A program made the position numbers and the translations under genes. A DNA stretch of 20,000 nt from an uncultured virus (IMG/VR IMGVR_UViG_3300042429_001351). Taxonomy: Duplodnaviria > Heunggongvirae > Uroviricota > Caudoviricetes. The notes below the pieces were generated by a model that did no database searches, was not told where the DNA came from, and was given only the letters and a program-made list of their open reading frames with translations. The stretch's first letter is position 1; every line of letters begins with the position of its first letter. The DNA lies in IMG/VR virus record IMGVR_UViG_3300042429_001351. One strand, written 5' to 3'. Shown piece by piece: positions 7,265-16,017 of this stretch.

Positions 7265-8335
7265 ATGAATACAGATAGCGATAACAGATTCTACGGAACG
7301 ACACCAGATGTCCGCAATGACGAAACTGTGTCCGAAATCTTTAACATGCAATTTGAAGATTTGGGTGGTGGGGTAATTCGTTTCCCGGCAGCAATAGATG
7401 TTGACAAAGACATGCTTTTACCGTATATAGATAAAAACTCAAAATCCGCGCACGAACAAAGATGGACGTGGGCCAAGGATGAAGAAGGCAATGACTACGC
7501 AATAAACGAAGATGGCAACAAGTTTTCTCCAGAACAGGTAAAGATGGTTCCAGTAAGACTGCTTGAAGTAGTTAACTCTGGGACAGAGCCAGAGATGATA
7601 GAAGTGTTTAGATACTGGGAAGACACTATTTACAAGTGTCTCCTGCGGTACATAGATATATTCCCAATGGTCCTTGGAACAATCTGGTGGAGAACCAAGG
7701 GTCACGTAATGCGCTATGACGAGGGGGCATTCCTTGGCATACACAACGACAACGACTCAAATTACAGGGCCACAGGTGGCGAGCGATTTGTGCCGCGTGG
7801 ACAAATACAGATGCGTCAAGTTGTGGCGGTGATGTTCTACATTAACGATTGTGTTGAAGATGAATCAGAACTAGATGGCACAAACTTCACTGGTGGGGAA
7901 TTAGTTTTCCCATATCTCGGAATAAAGAACACTCCAAAAACCGGGGATGTTGTTATCTTCCCTGCAAACTACATTGCAACACATGGAGTTGAGCCAGTGA
8001 AAAAGGGCGTCCGATATGGATACCTTGAATTCTTCAGTCAAGGAAGCAGTCACGATGAAGTTGGAATTAACGTTTCAGAACCAGATAAATGTGATGGCTG
8101 GTGTAGGCCACACTTCATAGATGCGCTTTATGACGACTACAAGCACTACTGCAAGCAAACCGAATTCATGGGGAATGGTGATTCAGCAAAAGACGCAAAC
8201 GGAATGTTTAAAGCAAATCCGGTTTATCAAAACAGAACGCTTGAAGGTGAAAACGGTCTAAAGAAGGCTTATTCACATTCCCAGGTTGTATACGACAATG
8301 AGCAGCGCGGCAGGGAACACAGCAGCTTGTACTAA
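7265..8335 (+). CDS. 2OG-Fe(II) oxygenase (LGGGV clade, paralogue 1)
   Basis: HND...YIND...GGELVFPYL...P..GDVVIFPANYIATHGV..V..G.RY. ATG 7265 is preceded by GGAG. Confidence 0.9.
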   Translation: MNTDSDNRFYGTTPDVRNDETVSEIFNMQFEDLGGGVIRFPAAIDVDKDMLLPYIDKNSKSAHEQRWTWAKDEEGNDYAINEDGNKFSPEQVKMVPVRLLEVVNSGTEPEMIEVFRYWEDTIYKCLLRYIDIFPMVLGTIWWRTKGHVMRYDEGAFLGIHNDNDSNYRATGGERFVPRGQIQMRQVVAVMFYINDCVEDESELDGTNFTGGELVFPYLGIKNTPKTGDVVIFPANYIATHGVEPVKKGVRYGYLEFFSQGSSHDEVGINVSEPDKCDGWCRPHFIDALYDDYKHYCKQTEFMGNGDSAKDANGMFKANPVYQNRTLEGENGLKKAYSHSQVVYDNEQRGREHSSLY

Positions 8336-9066
8336 GTGTTTTCTACGATACCAACGTGAACATAACCCTGCCCGGAATGCTGAACATCTGCTGCAAGACT
8401 ATTTAGCTTGTTTTCTTCCTGAACCTCCATCTTTGCATCCCCTTGGCAGAACCACTGCAGATAAGAATTCCTTACCCCGGATGTGATTGGCTCAACTTCA
8501 TGACAGCCCATAAATGACGACGGATATATCAAAACCGAGCCAACTTTTGGACGTACGGTTATACCCCACGGCCTGAATCTTATATTTCCTCCCTCGTATT
8601 CCTCATTGAGGGCCATTGAACCAGTAAGGGTGTTGTGGAGCGGGAAGGTGTTCAGAACATTCCCTTCCTTGTCGTAAGGTAGGGCACAGTCGCTATGCGG
8701 TCCAATAGTTTGACCAATTGAGTACGAAGCAATCTGCCCACCTGTTCTCCAGCCAATACACTCAATTGCTACTGGGAACGAGCGACAATATTCAATTAGG
8801 CATCTATAAATGCCGTCATTAATCAAGGTTGTTATTTCTTTTGTGAATTCGGAGCCGTATGAAAGTCCATTAAACCTGGTTGGCATTTTTAATACGTGCT
8901 CTTGCGTAACCGCGTAACCGCCATCATTGGTTAATGACTCAACATTCACGCCATGCGTTGCATCTAGATTTTCAGCAAAAATTCTTTCAAGATATGCCTC
9001 GAAATTGGATGCGTCTACCACATCTTCAAACAGCATTACCCCGTTCCCAAGATGCTTCACAATCAT
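8332..9066 (-). CDS. 2OG-Fe(II) oxygenase (LGGGV clade, paralogue 2)
   Basis: HSD...LNEEYEGG.I.F...P..GSVLIYPSSFMGCHEVEPITSGVRNS. Confidence 0.9.
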   Translation of the reverse strand: MIVKHLGNGVMLFEDVVDASNFEAYLERIFAENLDATHGVNVESLTNDGGYAVTQEHVLKMPTRFNGLSYGSEFTKEITTLINDGIYRCLIEYCRSFPVAIECIGWRTGGQIASYSIGQTIGPHSDCALPYDKEGNVLNTFPLHNTLTGSMALNEEYEGGNIRFRPWGITVRPKVGSVLIYPSSFMGCHEVEPITSGVRNSYLQWFCQGDAKMEVQEENKLNSLAADVQHSGQGYVHVGIVENT

Positions 9067-9935
9067 GAGTGCATACTTTCAACCAGGCTGTGACCAACCG
9101 AAGTTTTTCCTGGGTCGACCTTATTTAGGTAATCAGTAAAGTCGGAGCGAAGTGTTGGCATGTACACATTGGTTGCGGTTTTTGCCAACTCAGGCGACTC
9201 CACTGGGTCAACTATGTGCTCGTTAACAGCCTCGTTTGGTGTTCCGTGGGAATACCATCCAAGATACGTGTACCTACTACCGCCGGTAGTCTCCTTGACT
9301 TCATGAGCAGCCATGTAGTTCGACGGGAACATCAATATGTCGCCGGCGGAAGGTTTGTAGTCAATGTCAAGATAATTAAAGTAATGATGCCCGCCTTCAA
9401 AATTATCGTTCAAGTACACAATGCATGAGATTGTGTTTCTCGTGGCCAGCTGGTCGTGTGGGTGAGGGAATCCATAGGCATAGTCGGCACTCGTGTCGGA
9501 GTGCGGCCCAAGAAACTTACCACCATTCTCCACAGAATAAGAAACCAGGTGACCTTTTACTTTCCACCAAACGTTCTTGTATGCCAAGGGGAAAAGATAG
9601 AAGTATTTGAGTAGATATGCGTCTTTTGATTTCTCCACAAACTCCAGAAAATCACTTATGTCCTCATCTGGATTCTGGTGTATTCGTGAACCGCGGCGAG
9701 GCATTTGATTCACTCCGTCGGCATCAAAATAGTACCCACTTCTATTTATGAATGCAGGTTCACCTGTCTCTGGGTCTATTGCCTCTTCGTACATTTGAGC
9801 GCGTTCTTCCGCGACTTGTTTTTCTGCAAATGCGCTTGCCCAATCGTTGTCGAAAGAGATGGCTCCACTAAAAACAACCACTCCACCGCCGAGGTGTTTG
9901 GGCTCCACATCGTTGAACTTCTGCTCTTGATTCAT
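9063..9935 (-). CDS. 2OG-Fe(II) oxygenase (LGGGV clade, paralogue 3)
   Basis: HSD...YLNDNFEGG...F.YL...P..GDILMFPSNYMAAHEV....GGSRYT. Confidence 0.9.
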   Translation of the reverse strand: MNQEQKFNDVEPKHLGGGVVVFSGAISFDNDWASAFAEKQVAEERAQMYEEAIDPETGEPAFINRSGYYFDADGVNQMPRRGSRIHQNPDEDISDFLEFVEKSKDAYLLKYFYLFPLAYKNVWWKVKGHLVSYSVENGGKFLGPHSDTSADYAYGFPHPHDQLATRNTISCIVYLNDNFEGGHHYFNYLDIDYKPSAGDILMFPSNYMAAHEVKETTGGSRYTYLGWYSHGTPNEAVNEHIVDPVESPELAKTATNVYMPTLRSDFTDYLNKVDPGKTSVGHSLVESMHS

Positions 9936-9956
9936 ACAGTGTATGATAGCCCAATG
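9933..9956. promoter_or_regulatory. Putative bidirectional leaderless promoter with overlapping -10 elements
   Basis: CAT-acagtgTATGATAgccca-ATG. On the + strand, TATGAT (9942-9947) lies 6 nt before ATG 9954. On the - strand, TATCAT (9948-9943) lies 7 nt before ATG 9935. The two starts have 18 nt between them. Confidence 0.6.
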
Positions 9957-10277
9957 AGCGAAAAAAACGAGGCATTCAATAGGTGGACTGAAATAATGGT
10001 TCAGGAGTTCGCCAAGCTACCTAATATGGTCGAAAAAGATGGCTACAACAATTGGGCAGACAACATACTCCCAGGCCAAATCGAGGACAAGTATTACACG
10101 GTCGGCCGCACTGGAGCAGAAGCAATGATGGCTTTCTGGGGAGACATTGCCGATGGCAAGATGGCCGACTTGTTAAATGAGTTCAACGTACCAAATCCAC
10201 TTGGGCTAATACACTCATCAAGCACGCTTGCTAAACACCTTTTTGTGACCGAAAAGATGTTCTCAAAAAAAACTTAG
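9954..10277 (+). CDS. Hypothetical protein (107 aa)
   Basis: It fills the gap between two - strand genes exactly. It starts MSEKNEAFNRW at ATG 9954, and its stop overlaps the next gene's stop. Confidence 0.7.
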   Translation: MSEKNEAFNRWTEIMVQEFAKLPNMVEKDGYNNWADNILPGQIEDKYYTVGRTGAEAMMAFWGDIADGKMADLLNEFNVPNPLGLIHSSSTLAKHLFVTEKMFSKKT

Positions 10278-11134
10278 TGGTCGTCGGCCCTGCTTAGATA
10301 GTCAACTTTTTCTTGCGGAGCATTCGAAATAGAACCATACTTTTCAATTAAATGGTTTTCATAATCCTTGATTATCGAAGGCAGCCACCATTGACCGTTG
10401 TTCTGGAACATCGTTTCTTCTGGATGCGCTGGTGAGCATCCGCGCTCATCATCTTGCGAACCCTGAGCAAACCATGTCAGGTAGGAATACCTTACCCCTC
10501 GTGTTACTTCGTTTATCTGATGAGCACCTATATAGTTTGCCGGCATCAGAACAATCGCGCCGGTTGACGGAGCAATATCTATATCGAAATACGGGATTGT
10601 CATGGTTCCACCAGAGAACGAATACTCAACTGATTCGTCATCGGTGCAGTCGTTGAAATATACAAGCGCTGAAAGAACGTTGCGTGTTGCATGTTGTTCT
10701 TTGGGCTCTCTACCGTAGCGATAGTTCACATCGTTGTCGGCGTGAAATCCAAGACCGCCGCTTTTTGCATACCTCAAAACATGACCAGGGCTCTTCCACC
10801 AGAGACACTGCAGGACAGCGGGAAACATTTCTATATAATGCAAAAGTGCGCCGTATATTGCTTTTTCACATTCTTGGAAAAATGGGATATCCAAGCTTCC
10901 TATCCTTATTGGAGCTTTATCCATGTCCTCTAGGTCGTAGATGAACCCACCCTTATTAATTGCGTGGAGTGGATTGCCGTCTTCATCCTTAATAATCGTG
11001 TACGAGTTATTGAAAGCTTCATCCTTCTTTTTGTCAAGATACTCAAATGCCTCTTTTTGTGGAATATTGATTGCATTCTTAAAAATTACAGTTCCGCCGC
11101 CAAGGTGTTCTGGATTAAAGTTGAAATTGCTCAT
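10274..11134 (-). CDS. 2OG-Fe(II) oxygenase (LGGGV clade, paralogue 4)
   Basis: HAD...YFND...GG....PYF...P..GAIVLMPANYIGAHQINEVTRGVRYS. Confidence 0.9.
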   Translation of the reverse strand: MSNFNFNPEHLGGGTVIFKNAINIPQKEAFEYLDKKKDEAFNNSYTIIKDEDGNPLHAINKGGFIYDLEDMDKAPIRIGSLDIPFFQECEKAIYGALLHYIEMFPAVLQCLWWKSPGHVLRYAKSGGLGFHADNDVNYRYGREPKEQHATRNVLSALVYFNDCTDDESVEYSFSGGTMTIPYFDIDIAPSTGAIVLMPANYIGAHQINEVTRGVRYSYLTWFAQGSQDDERGCSPAHPEETMFQNNGQWWLPSIIKDYENHLIEKYGSISNAPQEKVDYLSRADDH

Positions 11135-11742
11135 AAAAGAGATTGTACAGCCTGGATGATGGTCATATCCATCTCGCTAGTTTCTACTGTTTCTGCTAGT
11201 GGTTTAACGCTAAATCTAAATCTGTACATCTGCCTGCCGTCTTTGCCAACTATAAATTTTTCGTAATAAGCATGTATTTTCTGCACCGCCCCACCGGCAA
11301 GGTTTTGACCCTGGGCAGCAGACAGACTGGTTCCAGCTTTTGTATCATCAACAAGCCTTTTTGCATACCCTTTCATATGTGAGCATATTGGGTGTTCGTT
11401 ATCTCCATTGATTTCCACTTTTTCCGTAATAGGAAAAGTCACAAATGGGTAAACTTCTTTAATAAAGTTAGATATTTCATGGTTATCCAAAGGCTCCATG
11501 TTCCAGAATTGGTTAGTTGGAACTCCTACAACGCTAAAATCATCAAACATTTCATGCAGTTTCTGGAGTTCCCACAGATTTTTGGAAGTTCTCCCGTATG
11601 ACCAAATGCGACTACATTTTGGCTCGTACCCCGCTTTTGAACCAAAAGGGAAAAAGAGCGTTACTTTACCCTTAAGGCTAGAAAGTATGTTCTCATCCCC
11701 ATCTATCGATTTGATTGGTATGTCGTAAATTGATTGATTCAT
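11131..11742 (-). CDS. Glutathione peroxidase-fold protein, catalytically degenerate
   Basis: SIYDI.IKSIDG....L..LKGKV.L, LQKLH...FSVVGVPTNQF..MEP....EI, VTFPITEKVEING..EHPI and EKFIVGKDG...RF match the GPx scaffold. The catalytic C/Q/W/N positions are substituted. Confidence 0.85.
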   Translation of the reverse strand: MNQSIYDIPIKSIDGDENILSSLKGKVTLFFPFGSKAGYEPKCSRIWSYGRTSKNLWELQKLHEMFDDFSVVGVPTNQFWNMEPLDNHEISNFIKEVYPFVTFPITEKVEINGDNEHPICSHMKGYAKRLVDDTKAGTSLSAAQGQNLAGGAVQKIHAYYEKFIVGKDGRQMYRFRFSVKPLAETVETSEMDMTIIQAVQSLL

Positions 11743-12644
11743 GACAAATGTCCGGCTATTGAATATTCCGCAAACTGACCAATCTTCGCCAAACCCACAA
11801 CATCACCATTTTCTTCATCGATAGAAAATCTTATACTTATTTCGGCTATTACTGGTGTATCCACAGAGAACGATGCATCGAACGAGGTATCCGTATTAGT
11901 AAAACTCTCTATAAAGTACTTCCCGGTTGAATTAAATATTTCAGCAACATTTCCTTTTATCCCAAGGTTCACATCTTCTTTTCCAAATGGGGTGTTAATC
12001 CTAAGACAGTAAAACTTATCATACCCACCATTTTCATTTTCGGCGGAGCGAGAGTACGCAGTCCAGTCTTGGGTTGGTTTTACGTTAGGGTCTTTCGGTG
12101 CAAAATTTGCACTTACGACCAAACGTGCTTCCTCTCTGTTTCGATGCCTATTTGTCATGTGTGTTAAATAGGAATTAAAGATTATCAAATCTCCTGTTTC
12201 CGGTTTTATCTCTATGGAGTTTTCGATTGTGTTTCCAGCATTCACTAGAAATATCAAATCGGCGCTTCCGTCTGGGGCGCACGGATAGTAAGCGATTGAG
12301 AAATACTCTTCGGGGTGTAGATGCGTGTTTGATTTGTGGGAGTGTGCCGAGACCGACTGCCCAAATTCAAGGCTCAGTGTCCATATGTCGCTCATAACCA
12401 TCTCTCGACCAACCGCGGTTGAAACTCGTTCCGTCAACTTGTCAATGAGCTTTTCTGACTCAATCATTCCAAATGGATATTTTCTATCTTCGTAATATGT
12501 GTGATGCTTGTCGTCCATAAACGAATCGTCTATTTCTCCGTGAGCACCAGCAATCTCTTCCAGAAGTTTGGAATTATCAATACCGATTATCTTCGTTTTA
12601 AGGACATCAATCGACACCAGGTTTATTTTCTCAATATCACTCAT
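11739..12644 (-). CDS. Putative 2OG-Fe(II) oxygenase (TIGR02466-like, HxH type) with ~100-aa C-terminal extra domain
   Basis: W......G.....HSH......SIAYY..P.....L.F...I.P..GDLIIF.SYL.H......R..VS.NF, followed by a beta-rich extension (LRINTPFGKE...). Confidence 0.75.
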   Translation of the reverse strand: MSDIEKINLVSIDVLKTKIIGIDNSKLLEEIAGAHGEIDDSFMDDKHHTYYEDRKYPFGMIESEKLIDKLTERVSTAVGREMVMSDIWTLSLEFGQSVSAHSHKSNTHLHPEEYFSIAYYPCAPDGSADLIFLVNAGNTIENSIEIKPETGDLIIFNSYLTHMTNRHRNREEARLVVSANFAPKDPNVKPTQDWTAYSRSAENENGGYDKFYCLRINTPFGKEDVNLGIKGNVAEIFNSTGKYFIESFTNTDTSFDASFSVDTPVIAEISIRFSIDEENGDVVGLAKIGQFAEYSIAGHLS

Positions 12645-13311
12645 AGAAGAATTCGCCTAATTTTAGCGCAGTTGGTGGATTGTCTCGATGCCACACGTTT
12701 GTGACCATGACTTGCCTGATTCCGCTCTTTGCAGGTGTGGTCCCATGGACAACGTGGCCAGTATCAAAAATGATTACACGGTTACCCTTGTAGGCGATTC
12801 TTTCACGCTCTTCAACTGGAACTAATAACGTGTTGATGTTTTCAGACTCAATAGCCAGTTTTTCTCCATCTTTCAAAATGGCTTTATTGTATATTTCAAC
12901 AAAACCACCATCCTGATTGTCGAGACCATAGAATATCGAGCCAGTCAATGGGCCACTAAAAGTCTTTGACTCCTGGTAAAGAAAGGTGTCTTCATCGACA
13001 TGAACATCAAGATACTGGCCTGGGAGATAGGTTCTTGTCCAGTACTCAATACCGAGGATTTCGCTTGTATCGCATGGAAGGTTGTCTTCCCAAATTGCCT
13101 GAACGACCCGCTTCCTTAATGTGTTTGCTGGAGTGGACCACCATCCATCCCAAAACATATATGGAGCAAAACAACTTGACTTTTCGTAATGGTACGAATT
13201 CAGCTCTGTAGCTAATCTTTCGTCAGAGCCCATTGACTCTGGGAAAAATAGTTTGTCAGCTAATACATCTTCATACAAAGAATCATTGAGTGCATTGTCT
13301 TTTATAATCAT
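12637..13311 (-). CDS. 2OG-Fe(II) oxygenase
   Basis: GIEYWTR...LDVHVDED...SIFY...GG...NRVIIFDTGHVVHGT....SGIR, i.e. HxD..H..R. Confidence 0.8.
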   Translation of the reverse strand: MIIKDNALNDSLYEDVLADKLFFPESMGSDERLATELNSYHYEKSSCFAPYMFWDGWWSTPANTLRKRVVQAIWEDNLPCDTSEILGIEYWTRTYLPGQYLDVHVDEDTFLYQESKTFSGPLTGSIFYGLDNQDGGFVEIYNKAILKDGEKLAIESENINTLLVPVEERERIAYKGNRVIIFDTGHVVHGTTPAKSGIRQVMVTNVWHRDNPPTALKLGEFFYE

Positions 13312-14042
13312 GATTCTCCTTTGACGACAATAGTCATTCCGTAAAACAGAGGAACGTGATACACGCTGCAGCCGGATATCCTCTTAAGCGCTTCGTGGTA
13401 TCCCCAGATTGGAGTTGCCTTTGTGTGATTGTTGTACAGAAACATACTGTCAGAGGTATTTTGGATTATCAGAATCCCGTTATCCTCGAGCCTGTCGACA
13501 AAGGCGCTAACAGGGATTAGTGGATTCTCCATATCCTGCGACCAAGAGAGCATCATGTCGTACTTATTGTTTACATGCTTTTCAAAATCCTGCATTGTAA
13601 CGACGTCATAGTCGTCAATTGGGTCTTGGAACTTTTCATACAGACTAAGTTTTTTGTTGTTGAGAAAGGTAATGTGGGCCCCATGTATCGACTTAAAAAC
13701 CTTTAATCTGAACCTATCGAGACCACCTGAAATTGCCAATACATTTTTCTTCTTTGAGATATCCATAATCCCAAGAATTAGAAGAATCGACATCCATTGA
13801 GCCTGACCATACGCACTTGAAAGATTTGGTCTTGGATAATGGACAACGAACTCATAATCGCTCGCACCGCCGGTGGCAATATTCCTTCTATCAATACCAA
13901 CCGTATTGAAAAGATACTCGGCTATAGCGACAGAGTGACCACCATCTTCGCGGTTGCATTGGTCTGCATATTCTTCCCAATTAAACTGAAGAGAACTAAA
14001 ATCAAAAGAAACTTCAGGTTCATACCTTTTATCTTGTTCCAT
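13308..14042 (-). CDS. Probable class I SAM-dependent methyltransferase-fold protein (divergent)
   Basis: KKNVLAISGG (degenerate motif I), KYDMML (motif IV region) and VDRLEDNGILIIQN (L..GG.L++ strand). There is no clean GxGxG. Confidence 0.45.
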   Translation of the reverse strand: MEQDKRYEPEVSFDFSSLQFNWEEYADQCNREDGGHSVAIAEYLFNTVGIDRRNIATGGASDYEFVVHYPRPNLSSAYGQAQWMSILLILGIMDISKKKNVLAISGGLDRFRLKVFKSIHGAHITFLNNKKLSLYEKFQDPIDDYDVVTMQDFEKHVNNKYDMMLSWSQDMENPLIPVSAFVDRLEDNGILIIQNTSDSMFLYNNHTKATPIWGYHEALKRISGCSVYHVPLFYGMTIVVKGES

Positions 14043-14310
14043 TTGTCACCTCGTATAGAGCAGCCTGCACATCAAACCAAGCACGGCGGACATTTCTTGT
14101 CAGTGTGATATTTTGTCTTTTTATATAGTCCTTAACACTGGAATCAATTTCGGTGTCATGGTCATATCGGTATCTGTCTCGAATTGCGTTTACGCAATCG
14201 TCTATTGTGATTTCGTCAAAACGCGATTCATCAAACCCGAGTATGAACAAGTATGCTGCAAGCTGTTCTGAACGATACGCCAAATCGGCAACTGGGTCAT
14301 ACCTGCTCAT
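14029..14310 (-). CDS. Hypothetical protein (93 aa)
   Basis: Overlaps both neighbours in the same operon. Starts MSRYDP. Confidence 0.7.
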   Translation of the reverse strand: MSRYDPVADLAYRSEQLAAYLFILGFDESRFDEITIDDCVNAIRDRYRYDHDTEIDSSVKDYIKRQNITLTRNVRRAWFDVQAALYEVTNGTR

Positions 14311-14488
14311 CTTTTTCCTTTTTCACATCAAACATTGCTACACCTTGACACATTGATACAGGCTTACCAGCAACATAATAGACACCGGTGCTTGAGTCCC
14401 ATTCAATAATCTCGTTATCCCACTCTTCGGCGTCAGTTATTGCTTCACCTTTTCTGGTGCTCATCTTGAAGTCTTGTGGCTCATCCAT
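14297..14488 (-). CDS. Hypothetical small acidic protein (63 aa)
   Basis: Translationally coupled between neighbours. An alternative start MSTRKG at 14464 is possible. Confidence 0.6.
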   Translation of the reverse strand: MDEPQDFKMSTRKGEAITDAEEWDNEIIEWDSSTGVYYVAGKPVSMCQGVAMFDVKKEKDEQV

Positions 14489-14696
14489 CTTTAAGTGCTT
14501 CCAATGCGGAGTACTCGTTTGACATAAGCCTAAAAGCGTTGTACTCTATTGTTCCTTCTTCGTGCGTATTTTCCCCAGAATACACGGGGGTCATACCCTC
14601 GCTCGCCATCAACTGACTCATCTCCCCTATTGACGCGGTCAGAAATCGTGCAGCCCTATTCTTTGCCATTAGAGGGTCATATTTTCCAAGTTTCAT
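14481..14696 (-). CDS. Hypothetical protein (71 aa)
   Basis: ATG overlaps the upstream gene end. Starts MKLGKYDP. Confidence 0.65.
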   Translation of the reverse strand: MKLGKYDPLMAKNRAARFLTASIGEMSQLMASEGMTPVYSGENTHEEGTIEYNAFRLMSNEYSALEALKDG

Positions 14697-15310
14697 AAAA
14701 GTTCACGTATCCTCTCGTGCAGGCCAACAAGCTTATCAGTCGTATAAAAAGATGCAAGGGTGTACCTATCCCCACTGAGAACAGGCTTTACCTCGTGTCT
14801 AAACTCGGAGCCGCTTGGGAAGAAAACTAGCTGATTTGCTTTCGGCTTAATCATCAGGTCAAGTTCTTCAAAATACAACTCACCCCCATCGTAATCAGCA
14901 TTGAGGTAGAGGATTGATGAGTACTCATTTAGGACTTCAGACATCTGGTTGTTTGGGTCGTAGTTTCTGAGTGGCTCTGGATTGCCCCCGTAGTATCCTT
15001 CTGCATCTGCGTGCATTTTAAGATACGAGCCAGGCAGGTACTTTCTTAAATACGGTTCATACAAGAAGCACAACCTCCTACCCACCGTGGCGGATACGAG
15101 CGCCAATGCTCTAGATGAGACGTCTATGCGTTCCTGGCAGTCTGGTCTTTCGGTATATCTTTCACCGTCTAGATACTCCTGCCAGGTGTTATCCCAATGA
15201 ATGAATTCCTTGCACTTATAAAGAATTTTTGACAATTCGTCACTCGTTGCAAAGTTGTCAACAACATGAACATTTCTTATCAATAAATCTTTATAATCAA
15301 GCATCGACAT
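14693..15310 (-). CDS. 2OG-Fe(II) oxygenase, prolyl-4-hydroxylase-like
   Basis: RKYLPG..LKMHAD...YSSILYLNADYDGGELYF.....IKP....LVFFP....F.HEV..V.SG.RYT. Confidence 0.92.
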   Translation of the reverse strand: MSMLDYKDLLIRNVHVVDNFATSDELSKILYKCKEFIHWDNTWQEYLDGERYTERPDCQERIDVSSRALALVSATVGRRLCFLYEPYLRKYLPGSYLKMHADAEGYYGGNPEPLRNYDPNNQMSEVLNEYSSILYLNADYDGGELYFEELDLMIKPKANQLVFFPSGSEFRHEVKPVLSGDRYTLASFYTTDKLVGLHERIRELL

Positions 15311-15312
15311 TA

Positions 15313-16017
15313 TTATTGTCCTGGAATTTTTAGTTTTGGCATTCCCTTGAAAGTGGGTCCAATTTTATTCCCGTCAGCGTCAAGGCCAGTCTTTATTCCT
15401 TTTGTCCATGTCCAAGGATTCTCTTCGTTGTTTTTCATCTTCACATCGCCATACTTTGCGCGGCTCTTCATAAGCTCCATGTCATCTGAAAGGTTGCCGA
15501 TGGTGAATTCAACATTCTCCAAAACGGTACTTTCAAATATTGAGAAAAACATGAATGGCATTCCAGCCTCAAACAAGACAGGTTCACCAATCTTGTTTAT
15601 CTTCCAGTTCATTTGGAACTCATCGGGCCACCAACTACTTGGAATGATTGCAGAGAGTGCTTGTGCGTCATCTCTTATGTAGTTAGGCGAACCACCAATA
15701 AATGTCTCGTACCCTGGTTCGGTTCCGAAAATCCAACCGACAGAGAAAGAAACCATTCCGATTATTCCACCGTAGGCAATCTGTCTGCCGCCGTATGAAC
15801 CGCCTTCAAGTATTGTTGGGACTGTATTACCGCCGTCCCACTGGGCAATAACGTCTTGCGGAAGAACAAGTTCCCAGCCATACACATTGGCTACCGTCAT
15901 TGGCAGGCATTGATATGCATGTTTTTTGTATGTTTCATCCATCCAGTCACGATTGATTCTGGATTGTCGAATCTCTGGTGGGTTATCGTGTGTTCGTTTT
16001 AGATTCACCTTAACCAT
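15313..16017 (-). CDS. DUF6065-like protein
   Basis: R.WMD.T...HAYQCLPMTVANVYGWELVLP.D....WDGG, GG.PNY..D....L..II...W.P..F.MNWK and F..GMPF, recalled as the DUF6065 signature. Confidence 0.7.
   Translation of the reverse strand: MVKVNLKRTHDNPPEIRQSRINRDWMDETYKKHAYQCLPMTVANVYGWELVLPQDVIAQWDGGNTVPTILEGGSYGGRQIAYGGIIGMVSFSVGWIFGTEPGYETFIGGSPNYIRDDAQALSAIIPSSWWPDEFQMNWKINKIGEPVLFEAGMPFMFFSIFESTVLENVEFTIGNLSDDMELMKSRAKYGDVKMKNNEENPWTWTKGIKTGLDADGNKIGPTFKGMPKLKIPGQ

Noticed and set aside
11620..11640. Possible selenocysteine (TGA) at the GPx active site
   Set aside because: The codon at the peroxidatic position is GCG (Ala) and the ORF has no in-frame TGA.
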